A DNA stretch of 64,000 nt from an uncultured delta proteobacterium (lineage in GTDB: Bacteria > Myxococcota > Myxococcia > Myxococcales > Myxococcaceae), in contig CAVZMH010000024.1 in NCBI GenBank assembly GCA_963776345.1, forward strand, positions 89,579-153,578, in the 5' to 3' direction. The position numbers were made by a program, and so were the translations under genes. Under the pieces are notes generated by a model. That model was not told the origin of the DNA. It did not search any database and saw only the letters and a list, made by a program, of their open reading frames with translations. Each line of letters starts with the position of its first letter. Position 1 is the first letter of the stretch. Positions 20,330 to 29,355 of this stretch are shown piece after piece.

Positions 20330-22239
20330 CGGCGCCTCGCCCGCTCGAGTCGAAGCGACTTCTCGCCTCGCGACTGCCCGTCCAGCTTCTCGAACGCCGC
20401 CGCGTCCTCCTCGGCCACGAAGGCGTAGCTGTAGGTCGGGCGGACCTCGAGGCGCTGCAGCTTTCCGGCCGGAGCGCCCAGGCCCTCGAGCATCGAGGTG
20501 ATGCCAGCGGCGTCGAGCCCCTCCGAGCTCCCGACGTTCATCCACAGCCGCACCTGTCCGGGAGTGCCGGCCTCGGCCTCCGGAGGCGACCCCTCCTCGG
20601 GCTTGTCCCGGCGGGGCGGGCGCTCGCGGTGCTCCCGTCGCTCGCGGGGGGCGCCGGAACGCTCGCCCCGGTCCGGGCGCTCGCCGCGCTCCGGCCGGTC
20701 TCCACGGTCGCTCCGCTCGCCGCGCTCACCTCGTCCGCCACGCTCGGACCTGGGCGGCCGGTCGCCCCGGGACCGCTCGCGCTCGCGGTGCGGCCGCGCC
20801 GGCGCCGGCGCCGGTTCCGGCGCTCCGGCGGCCTTCAGCTTCTCCATCCGCAGATGCCCGAAGAAGAACTTCAAGAGATACGCGATGGCGTCGTCGGCGT
20901 CGGGCCGCTGCTTCAGCTCGCCGGCGAGGCCGAGGTAGCCCTCGTACACGCTGCCCGCCGCGGCGGACTGGATCTCCCGGACGTGCCGCTCGGTCCACAT
21001 CCGCATCGCTTCGTCGGGCGCCGGCATCTCGCGCTTCTCGAACTTGATGCCGTACTTCTTCTCCAGCACGGTGAAGGTGCCCAGCTCGCGCCCGGAGATC
21101 AGGTTGATCGCCGTGCCCTTCTTCCCGATGCGCCCCGTCCGCCCGACGCGGTGGAGGTACACCGCCGGGTCCTCGGGCAGGGAGTAGTTGATGACGTACT
21201 GGAGATCGGAGATGTCGATCCCCCGGGCGGCGATGTCGGTGGCCACCATGAAGGCCACCTCGCCCCGCTTCACCTTGGCCATCACCCGCTCCCGCTCCTT
21301 CTGGGGCAGGTCGCCGTTGAGCAGCTCGGCGTCGAAGCCGTTGCGGTTCAGCACCGCCGTCACCAGCGCCGTGTCGTCCCGGGTGTTGCAGAAGACGATG
21401 GCGTTGTCCGGCTCCTCCATCTCCAGCACGTAGATGAGGTTCCGGGGCTTCGGGTACGCGTCGGTCACGTCGTAGCGGACGTGGTGGATGTGGTCGACGG
21501 TGAGGACGTCGCCGGAGAGCATCAGCATCTCCGGCGAGGTGGTGTACTGGCTGATGAGGTGCTGGATCTCCGGCGGCACCGTGGCGCTGAAGAGCAGGAC
21601 CTGCCGGTCCTTGGGGAGCTGGTCGAGGATGCGGGTGACCTCTTCGTAGAACCCCTGGTTCAGCATCTCGTCGGCCTCGTCGAGCACGACGTGCCGGCAA
21701 CCCTGGAGCTTGAGGTTCTTCCGCCGGATGTGGTCGTAGATCCGGCCCGGCGTGCCCACCACGATGGGCGAGCCGGCCACCAGCGCGTCCTCCTGCTCCT
21801 GCATCGACGCGCCGCCGTAGATCGCGGTCACCCGGACGCCCTTGTACTTGGCGAGGTCCTGGAGCTCGGCGGCCACCTGGAGCGCCAGCTCCCGGGTGGG
21901 GCAGAGCACCAGCGCCCGCACCGCCTTGTCCTGGGAGTCCATCTTCTCCAGCAGCGGGAGCCCGAAGGCGGCGGTCTTCCCCGTCCCGGTCTTGCTCCGG
22001 ACGATGAGGTCCTTGCCCTGCATCACCGGGTCGAACGCCTGGGCCTGGACCGGCGTGGGGTGGGTGTAGCCCCGGTCGACCAGGGCGCGCCGGATCTCGG
22101 GGGAGAGGGCCAGGTCCTCGAATCCCACCTCGGCCAGGTAGTCGGAGGGTCCTTCGGGGGTCGCCTCTTCCGCGGCCGGAGCCGCGTCGGGGGGCACGGG
22201 AGAATCGCCGCGTTCGGGCGCGGGCGGGTTGTCACTCAT
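20326..22239 (-). CDS. DEAD-box RNA helicase with a DbpA-like C-terminal RNA-binding domain
   Basis: Q motif PTPVQ, TGTGKT, PTRELA, DEADEML, SAT, ARGID, HRVGRTGR. Confidence 0.95.
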   Translation of the reverse strand: MSDNPPAPERGDSPVPPDAAPAAEEATPEGPSDYLAEVGFEDLALSPEIRRALVDRGYTHPTPVQAQAFDPVMQGKDLIVRSKTGTGKTAAFGLPLLEKMDSQDKAVRALVLCPTRELALQVAAELQDLAKYKGVRVTAIYGGASMQEQEDALVAGSPIVVGTPGRIYDHIRRKNLKLQGCRHVVLDEADEMLNQGFYEEVTRILDQLPKDRQVLLFSATVPPEIQHLISQYTTSPEMLMLSGDVLTVDHIHHVRYDVTDAYPKPRNLIYVLEMEEPDNAIVFCNTRDDTALVTAVLNRNGFDAELLNGDLPQKERERVMAKVKRGEVAFMVATDIAARGIDISDLQYVINYSLPEDPAVYLHRVGRTGRIGKKGTAINLISGRELGTFTVLEKKYGIKFEKREMPAPDEAMRMWTERHVREIQSAAAGSVYEGYLGLAGELKQRPDADDAIAYLLKFFFGHLRMEKLKAAGAPEPAPAPARPHRERERSRGDRPPRSERGGRGERGERSDRGDRPERGERPDRGERSGAPRERREHRERPPRRDKPEEGSPPEAEAGTPGQVRLWMNVGSSEGLDAAGITSMLEGLGAPAGKLQRLEVRPTYSYAFVAEEDAAAFEKLDGQSRGEKSLRLERARRR

Positions 22240-22322
22240 CGGGCACGGGCTTAATCCCTCCCATCCACCGTGGCAATCACGCAGCCCGGGGGTCCTGCTA
22301 GAAGCAGGCCGTCCGTCCGTCC

Positions 22323-23507
22323 ATGGCCCGTCCACCGAAGAAGAAGGCGAAACCACGACGCAAGCCCGCTGCCCGGGCCGCCGCTCCGTCCGCGCATCCC
22401 GCCGCTCCGTCCGCGCGTCCCGCCGCCCGCCGGCCGGCGACGGGCGCCCGAGGCGCGCGGAAGCGGGCGCCCCAGGCCGAGGAGGTCCGGGAGGCACGGC
22501 CGGAGGAGGAGGAGGAAGTCGAGTCCCCCGAGGTCGCCGAGCTCGCAGAGCCGGTGGAGCCTGATGGCGAGGAGCTGGCGGAGCTGGAACCGGTGGTGGC
22601 CGCGGCGCCGGCGGTCACCCCGCCCAGGTCCAGCGAGGGCAGTCTCGCCCGGACCGACGCGATGTCGGCGTACATGGCCGAGGTTCAGCGCCATCCGCTG
22701 CTCTCGCGCGAGGAGGAGGGCCGCCTGGCCCGGCTCTACCGCGACCATGGCGACCTGGACGCCGCCGCCCGGCTGGTCTCGGCCAACCTGCGCCTGGTGG
22801 TGAAGCTGGCCCACGAGTACCACCGCAATCCGCTCGCGCTCCTGGACCTGGTGCAGGAGGGGAACATCGGGCTGATGCAGGCGGTGAAGAAGTTCGATCC
22901 GGAGCGCGGGGTGAAGCTCTCGACCTACGCGGCCTGGTGGATCCGCGCGTACATCCTTCGCTACATCATGGACAACTGGAAGATGGTGAAGCTGGGGACC
23001 ACCGAGGCCCAGCGGAAGCTCTTCTTCAAGTTGCGCCAGGAGCAGGAGCGGATGCTGAAGCTGGGCTACGAGGCGACGCCCAAGCTGCTGGCCGAGCGGC
23101 TCAACGTCACCGAGCAGGACGTGGTGGAGATGGACCAGCGGCTCGGGCCGGACGAGGTGTCCATCGACGCGCCGGTGGGCGACGACGGCGACGCCACGCG
23201 CGGCGATCGCCTCCTCCCCTCCAGCGGCTTCCCGGCGGCGGACGAACGGCTGGCGACCGAGGAGCTGAAGCGGCTCTTCCGCGACAAGCTGAAGGTTTTC
23301 GGGCGCACGCTCGAGGGCAAGGAGAAGTACATCTTCGAGAAGCGCCTCACCGCGGACGAGCCGATGACGCTCCAGGACATCGGCACGCACTTCGGGTTCT
23401 CGCGCGAGCGCGCCCGGCAGATCGAGGCGGCGCTGGTGGACCGGATGCGCGAGTTCGTTCGCTCGGAGATGCCCGACTTCGACCTGATCGCCGAGCCGAA
23501 GCCGTAG
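22323..23507 (+). CDS. Sigma-32-family RNA polymerase sigma factor
   Basis: DLVQEGNIGLMQAVKKFDP, YAAWWIRAYI, RpoH box QRKLFFKLR, SRERARQIE. Confidence 0.92.
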   Translation: MARPPKKKAKPRRKPAARAAAPSAHPAAPSARPAARRPATGARGARKRAPQAEEVREARPEEEEEVESPEVAELAEPVEPDGEELAELEPVVAAAPAVTPPRSSEGSLARTDAMSAYMAEVQRHPLLSREEEGRLARLYRDHGDLDAAARLVSANLRLVVKLAHEYHRNPLALLDLVQEGNIGLMQAVKKFDPERGVKLSTYAAWWIRAYILRYIMDNWKMVKLGTTEAQRKLFFKLRQEQERMLKLGYEATPKLLAERLNVTEQDVVEMDQRLGPDEVSIDAPVGDDGDATRGDRLLPSSGFPAADERLATEELKRLFRDKLKVFGRTLEGKEKYIFEKRLTADEPMTLQDIGTHFGFSRERARQIEAALVDRMREFVRSEMPDFDLIAEPKP

Positions 23508-23531
23508 AAGGACGGCGCCGCCCGTCCAGGC

Positions 23532-24953
23532 TCAGGGCGGCCGGACCTTGAGGTTGTCGAAGTTGACCTTCGACTCCCAGCCGGAGACCGCGAAGTACCG
23601 GTGCGCCGGGCCGCGCAGCGGATCCGGATCGTCGAGCGCGAGGAAGGGCTGTCCGTCCACCAGCCAGGTGAGGACGCGGCCTTGCCGGCGGATGGTCCAG
23701 TGGTACTTGCGGCCGGGCACCACCCGCACGTCGGCGCGGGTCACCCGGTCGGCGCCGTGCTCGTGCTGCCGCGCGATGGCGGAGAGGCTGTTCCGCCAGC
23801 CGCCCATCACCAGCACGTACCCGGTCGCGTCGTAGGACGCGCCGGGATCGCCGCGGTGAAACGACTGGCCATCGCCCCAGACCTCGACCTTCATGTCGCC
23901 GTCGGGGCTGTCGGTCCAGACGTCGAGGTCGATGACGGCGTCGTCCGGGATGGGCCTCCGGAGCCACACCGGGTGGTTGCGGGCCCGCTGCACCACCAGC
24001 GCCCCTTGCTGGAGCGAGACGGCGGCCGGGTCGGTCGCGAGCCAGTCCGGGCCGAGCTGGGTGCGCTCGAAGTCGTCGGAGAACGGCCCTGCGGCGGGCT
24101 CGGGCGGGGCTGCGGCGACGGGGGCGAAGGCGCCGCCGCTCGCGGGGCTCACCCGGAGGTCGTCGTAGTAGACGTCCCACTCGCCGCTGGAGAGGCCGAG
24201 CCGGTCGTGCCCCGGCCCGGTGAGCGGGAACGGATCGTCCAGCTCGGCCATCAGCCGGCCGTCCACCGTCCAGCGCAGCACCGAGCCGCGGCGCTCGAAG
24301 CGCATCCGGTAGACGTGGCCCGGGTCGAGGCTGGCCGGCGTCGCCTCGACGCGAAGCGCCGAGTCCTTGCCGAACCCCGCCGAGCGCAGGTCTCCGGGGA
24401 CGCGCGCCCGGGACAGCCAGCGGGAGAGCGTGACCCCGTTCTCGTCCAGCCGCACCAGGCTCGGGCCGAGCCGCGCCGGCGAGCCCATGGGGCTCCAGGG
24501 CCCGAGCACGGCCTGGTAGCCGGTGTCGGCGTCCAGCCCGTTCCCGAAGAGCGTCACCCGGATCTCGCCGTCGGGGCTGATGGGGCGGGCGGAGACCTCG
24601 ACCACCACGTCGTTTGGGAGCGCGGCGTCGAGCCACAAGGGGTTGTTCTTCGTCCCGGGAGAGAGCAGCTCGCCGTTGATGACCCGCGGGTAGCCGCCGA
24701 GCGAGCGGTAGTTGCGCCCCACGGTTCCCCGGTCGGAGAAGTCGTCGGAGAAGGGGATGTGTCCGGACGCGGGCGGCTGGCCCCGGACGAGCAGGTGCAG
24801 GACGGGGAGATTCACCAGGAGAACGACGACCCCCAGCACCAGCCAGCCCCTCTTGCCGAGCGGGGCCGGGCGGCGGGCAGCCGCGGGGACCGCGGTCTCC
24901 GTCGTCATCTCTGCCCGCGCCGCCTCCGCCGCGGTGGCTGGACGCCGCTTCAC
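23532..24953 (-). CDS. Membrane-anchored protein with two homologous beta-sandwich (lectin/LamG-like) domains
   Basis: N-terminal TM; FSDDF...P(L/V)WL...PxD...SPDG repeated twice; GTG overlapping the upstream stop (alternative ATG 24908). Confidence 0.7.
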   Translation of the reverse strand: MKRRPATAAEAARAEMTTETAVPAAARRPAPLGKRGWLVLGVVVLLVNLPVLHLLVRGQPPASGHIPFSDDFSDRGTVGRNYRSLGGYPRVINGELLSPGTKNNPLWLDAALPNDVVVEVSARPISPDGEIRVTLFGNGLDADTGYQAVLGPWSPMGSPARLGPSLVRLDENGVTLSRWLSRARVPGDLRSAGFGKDSALRVEATPASLDPGHVYRMRFERRGSVLRWTVDGRLMAELDDPFPLTGPGHDRLGLSSGEWDVYYDDLRVSPASGGAFAPVAAAPPEPAAGPFSDDFERTQLGPDWLATDPAAVSLQQGALVVQRARNHPVWLRRPIPDDAVIDLDVWTDSPDGDMKVEVWGDGQSFHRGDPGASYDATGYVLVMGGWRNSLSAIARQHEHGADRVTRADVRVVPGRKYHWTIRRQGRVLTWLVDGQPFLALDDPDPLRGPAHRYFAVSGWESKVNFDNLKVRPP

Positions 24954-25207
24954 GGCTGTGCGCTCCGGAGCACGGCGACCAGCACCAGGAGGAGGAAGCA
25001 GACCGCCGCCGCGGCCCCGTAGCCGAGCAGCGGCCAGGCCACGTCCGTCCGGGCGAGGATGTCGCGGGCCTCGCCGGCCTCGCTCTCGCGGGGGTTCGCC
25101 GCCAGCGCCTGCCGGGCGAGGCGCCGGGCGGCCACCACGTTGCCGGCGGTGAGCGCCTTCTGGGCCCGGCGGAGCGCCTCGGCGGGTTCGGAGTCGGATG
25201 CCTTCAT
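24950..25207 (-). CDS. Small protein with a C-terminal TM helix
   Basis: Helical N-terminus plus hydrophobic WPLLGYGAAAAVCFLLLVLVAVL. Confidence 0.6.
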   Translation of the reverse strand: MKASDSEPAEALRRAQKALTAGNVVAARRLARQALAANPRESEAGEARDILARTDVAWPLLGYGAAAAVCFLLLVLVAVLRSAQP

Positions 25208-25326
25208 GGAAGGGGGACGGGAGACGCGGCGCCCCGTCTATACACGGTCCACCGGGGCAGGATGAAGCGCGCCGGCGCGGCTGTTCGGGCGAGGGGCGTG
25301 GTAAGCGAGCCCCCCTGGCTCCGGCA

Positions 25327-26076
25327 ATGGCGTTTCCTCTCTCTCGACGAACCCTCCTCCGGAGCCTCCCGCTCCTGACGCTGGGCCGCCGCGCGCTGGC
25401 CTTCGGAGAGGGAGCACGCTTCGTGCCCGGCGTGGCCCAGCACGGCGGGCGGTGGGACGGACGGCTGTCCGGGCTCCGGCGGCTCGCCTGGGAGCTGCAG
25501 CGACGCACCTCGGTGGAGGTGGTGCCCGAGGCCCGCGGCCTCGCGCTCACCAGTCCCCGGCTGTTCGACCACCCCTTCCTCTACTTCGGCGGCGAAGGCG
25601 AGTTCCCCCCGCTCTCCGCGGCGGAGGTGGAGGCGCTGCGCCGCTACCTGACGTTCGGCGGCTTCATGCTCGCCGACGCCAACGACGGGAGCGGCGGGCG
25701 CGGCTTCGACGTCAGCTTCCGCCGGGAGCTGGCCCGGGTGCTCCCCGGCTCGCCGCTCGAGCCGGTGCCGAGCACGCACGTGCTGTTCAAGACCTTCTTC
25801 CTGCTCGACTCGGCACCCGGAAGGCTCTTCCTCCATCCGCAGCTCCACGCGGTGAGCCTCGGGAACCGCGCCGCGGTGGTGTACTCGCAGAACGACCTCG
25901 CCGGCGCGTGGGAGCGCGACGAGAGCGGCGCGTACGCCTACGAGGTCTCGCCGGGCGGTGAGCCCCAGCGCGAGCTGGCGGTGCGGGTGGGCATCAACGT
26001 CTGCATGTACGCGCTCTGCCTCGACTACAAGGACGACGCGGTGCACCTGCCGCTGATCCTCAAGAAGCGGAGATGA
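25327..26076 (+). CDS. DUF4159-family protein, probable Tat substrate
   Basis: SRRTLL twin-arginine signal; HPFLY, LRRYLTFGGF, DYKDDAVH. Confidence 0.85.
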   Translation: MAFPLSRRTLLRSLPLLTLGRRALAFGEGARFVPGVAQHGGRWDGRLSGLRRLAWELQRRTSVEVVPEARGLALTSPRLFDHPFLYFGGEGEFPPLSAAEVEALRRYLTFGGFMLADANDGSGGRGFDVSFRRELARVLPGSPLEPVPSTHVLFKTFFLLDSAPGRLFLHPQLHAVSLGNRAAVVYSQNDLAGAWERDESGAYAYEVSPGGEPQRELAVRVGINVCMYALCLDYKDDAVHLPLILKKRR

Positions 26077-28359
26077 ACGCAGGCGCCACCACCACCTGGC
26101 GGCTGGTGAGCCTCTCTCCGCTTCCGGCCTGGGCGCTCGGGCTCCTCACCGTGCTGGTCCTGGCGGGCGTGGTGCTGGCGGTGCTCGGGCTCCGGCGCGA
26201 GCCGTCGGCGCTCCGCCGGAGGGTGCTGCTCGTGCTCCGGCTGCTCGCCGGGGCGATGGCGCTGTTCTTCCTGCTCGAGCCGGGGCTGCGACAGCTCGCC
26301 CAGGTCCGGGTGAAGAACCGCCTCGCGGTGCTGGTGGACCGGAGCGCGAGCATGGGCTTCCCGGTGCACCCGGACGGGCAGACCCGGGCGGCGGCGGCAG
26401 CCGAGGCGCTGGACCGCTTCGCCCCGGGGCTCGAGGCGCTGCGCGATCGGTACCAGGTGGAGGTGCTGGGCTTCTCGCCCGAGCTCGCGCCGGTGTCGTC
26501 CGAGGCGCTGCGGACCCCGGGCAGCGGGAACCGGACCGACCTCATGGCGGCGCTCCGGGCCCTGAAGTCCACCGACACCGGCGGGAGCCGGAAGCTCGCC
26601 GGCGCGATTCTCCTCTCGGACGGAGCGGACAACGCCGAGCTCCAGGCCGGGCTCCAGACGCGCCAGTCCGAGGAGCTGGGCGCGCTCGGCTTCCCCGTGT
26701 CCACGGTCCGCGTCGGAGAGCCGGCGCTGGTGGATCTGGCGGTCGAGGCCGTGAAGGTGGACGACTTCGCCTTCGTCCGGAACGCGGTGACGGTGGACCT
26801 CGAGCTGCACGCCCGGGGGCTCAAGGGGCGCGACGTCCCGGTGGTGCTCCAGCGCGAGGGGCTCACCGTGGGGACGCGCACGGTGCACCTGGACCAGGAC
26901 GACCAGCGCACGCCGGTGTCCTTCACCTTCACCCCGGACCAGACCGGGCGCTTCGTCTACACGGTCGGCGCGCCGGTGTTCCCCGGCGAGGCGGTGGTGG
27001 AGAACAACACCCGCTCGTTCGTGCTCAAGGTGATCCGCGACCGGGTGCGGGTGCTGCTGGTGGTGGGGCGCCCCAGCTGGGACGAGCGGTTCCTCCGGGG
27101 GCTCCTCAAGCAGGACCCCAACGTGGACCTGGTGTCGTTCTACATCCTCCGGACCTCAGCGGACGACACGCAGACCCGGAACCCCGAGCGAGAGCTGTCG
27201 CTGATCCCCTTCCCGATGGAGGAGATCTTCGACACCAAGCTCCACACCTTCGACGTGGTGGTCTTCCAGAACTTCGGCTACGCCGAGCCGGCGCTGTCCA
27301 TCGCCAGCTACGAGCGGAACCTGGAGCAGTACGTGGCGGGCGGCGGCGCGCTCCTGGTCATCGGGGGGGACCACGCCTTCGGCGAGGGGCGGGCGGCGTA
27401 CCCGGTGCTGGACCGCGCGCTCCCGGTGGACCCGAGCGGAACGCCGGCGGCGGTCGAGCCGTTCAAGATCAGGCTCACCCCGGACGGGCTGCGGCATCCG
27501 GTGATGCGGGTGCAGACGACCGAGGGCGGCACCCAGGGCTCGTGGGACGAGCTCCCGCCCGCGAGCGGCATGAACATGGTGCGGGTGAAGCAGGGGGCCA
27601 CGGTGCTGCTCGCGCATCCGACGCTCAAGGTGGACGGGCAGCCAGCGCCGGTGCTTGCGCTCTGGGACCACGGCCGTGGCCGGGCCATGGCGATGATGAC
27701 CGACGACAGCTGGACCTGGGCCTTCACCGCCCGCCGCACCGGGGAGCAGAATCGCCACTACGACCGGTTCTGGAGCAACGCTCTGCGCTGGCTGGTGCGC
27801 GACCCCGACCTGACCTCGCTGCAGATCGCCGCGGATCCGCCGACGGTCGAGCCCGGGCACCCGGTGGGCGCCGTGGTGACCGCCCGGCAGCCGGACTACC
27901 AGCCGGCGGGCTCCGCGGAGGTGCGGGTGGACCTCTTCTCGCTCGCCGACCGGCGGGTGCTGCAGACCCGCACCGCCGCCGCCGGACCGGACGGTGTGGG
28001 CCGGGTGGTGTTCGAGCCGGTCCCTCCGGGCGCGTACAAGCTCCGGGCGACCGCACGCCTGGATGGGCGCGACCTCGGGGAGGCGGAGGACGCGGTGGCG
28101 GTGCGCTCGGTGGGTCCGGAGATGGCGGACGCGTCGGTGCGGACCGAGCTGCTCGCCGACATCGCCCGGGCCACCGGCGGCCGAGGCTACCAGCTGCCGA
28201 TGGGCGGATTCCCGGATGCCCCGCTGCTGGATTCCCCCGCTCATCGAGGTGGGACGGAGCAAGGACGCGCCACTCTGGGACCGCTGGGGCTGGCTGGTGG
28301 CGCTGGCGGTGCTGCTCGGCGGCGAGTGGTTCCTTCGCCGCCGCTTCGGCTACATCTAG
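26073..28359 (+). CDS. Membrane protein with VWA-like and glutamine-amidotransferase-like domains (frameshift near 28232)
   Basis: VDRSASM, LSDGADN, GGALLVIGG, FWSNALRWL; the final TM EWFLRRRFGYI lies in a shifted frame restored by removing one T. Confidence 0.85.
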
Positions 28360-28761
28360 GTCAGGGCGGCCGCAGCCGAGGTCCGGGTCAGGGTGTCGTC
28401 AGGCGGGCTGCAGTCGGCGAGGTCAGGGCGGCCGCAGTCAGCTAGGTCAGGGCGGCCGCAGCCGAGGTCCGGGTCAGGGTGTCGTCAGGCGGGCTGCAGT
28501 CGGCGAGGTCAGGGCGGCCGCAGTCAGCTAGGTCAGGGCGGCCGCAGCCGAGGTCCGCGTCAGGGTGTCGTCAGGCGGGCTGCAGTCGGCGAGGTCAGGG
28601 CGGCCGCAGCTCGGTCAGGGCGGCCGCAGCCGAGGTCCGCGTCAGGGTGTCGTCAGGCGGGCTGCAGTCGGCGAGGTCAGGGCGGCCGCAGCCGAGGTCC
28701 GGGTCGGGGTGTCGTCAGGCGGGCTGCAGTCGGCGAGGTCAGGGCGGCCGCAGTCAGCTAG
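28356..28761. repeat. Intergenic tandem repeat array, ~86-bp unit, ~5 copies
   Basis: Units start at 28356, 28442, 28528, 28610; sub-motif ggtcagggcggccgcag occurs 9 times; no unique spacers. Confidence 0.93.
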
Positions 28762-29123
28762 TTCGGCTCGTGGTCGAGCCAGCTGGCCTGTGCCGGGAGC
28801 CGGTGCGGGCCGTGGACCCCGCGGCAGGTGCGGCACCAGGACTGGGCCACCCGCCGGCCGCGCAGCGTGCGGACGCCGAACTCCCGCAGCGTGTCGCCCA
28901 CGCGCTGGCACCGGGGGCAGCGGCTCCAGCGCGGGAGTTCGGTGGCCTCGCGGGCCTTGCGGCCGTGCTCCACGACCAGGGCCAGGGCCTTGGCGAAGCC
29001 GATCTGCCACCGCGGATCGACGTGGACCGGCGTTCCGGGTCGCGGCCCGGGGCGCACGAGGTCCACACCGCCGAGCAGCGACTGCTGTTCGAGAAGCGGA
29101 GCTGGACGGACGGTGCGTTCCAT
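28758..29123 (-). CDS. Small zinc-ribbon protein (CPRC...WCRTC)
   Basis: Two CxxC pairs flanking FGVRTLRGRRVAQSW; ATG 7 nt after a TAnnnT box. Confidence 0.65.
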   Translation of the reverse strand: MERTVRPAPLLEQQSLLGGVDLVRPGPRPGTPVHVDPRWQIGFAKALALVVEHGRKAREATELPRWSRCPRCQRVGDTLREFGVRTLRGRRVAQSWCRTCRGVHGPHRLPAQASWLDHEPN

Positions 29124-29130
29124 GGGCGAC

Positions 29131-29152
29131 ACACTACCTCTTGGGACTGACA
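29131..29152 (-). promoter_or_regulatory. PafBC/RecA-NDp-like promoter motif
   Basis: Minus strand TGTCAG-TCCCAAGAGG(N10)-TAGTGT, matching TGTCRG-N10-TA-N3-T. Confidence 0.6.
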
Positions 29153-29162
29153 GCCCGTTCAG
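29147..29162. promoter_or_regulatory. Myxococcus-type LexA-box-like site
   Basis: CTGACAGCCCGTTCAG resembles the CTRHAMRYBYGTTCAGS consensus with ~2 mismatches. Confidence 0.4.
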
Positions 29163-29355
29163 TGGTCCCGGGCCGGGAGCCGGATCAGGCAGCCCGACGG
29201 GGTCGAGGAGCAGAAGCACCAATCTTCCTCGATAGATGCAACGGTGCTGCGCCAGCCTGGGCCTGGGTGTCCACGTCGGCGGACTCGTCTACCGTTCGCG
29301 TGTCCGGCGAATCGCCGGACAGGGCCGGCGCATCGCCGGCTCGAGGGGAGGAACG

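Noticed and set aside
22271..22285. Sigma-54 promoter TGGCAATCACGCAGC
   Set aside because: GG-N10-GC spacing fits but the -12 TTGC is missing; too weak
22380..22421. 21-bp duplication in the sigma-factor N-terminus
   Set aside because: Two-copy low-complexity coding repeat (AAPSAHP/AAPSARP); no wider significance evident
28356..28761. CRISPR array
   Set aside because: Sequences between repeats are themselves repeated, there are no unique spacers and no cas genes in the window
28393..29150. ORFs translated through the tandem array
   Set aside because: Repetitive products of the array with no credible starts
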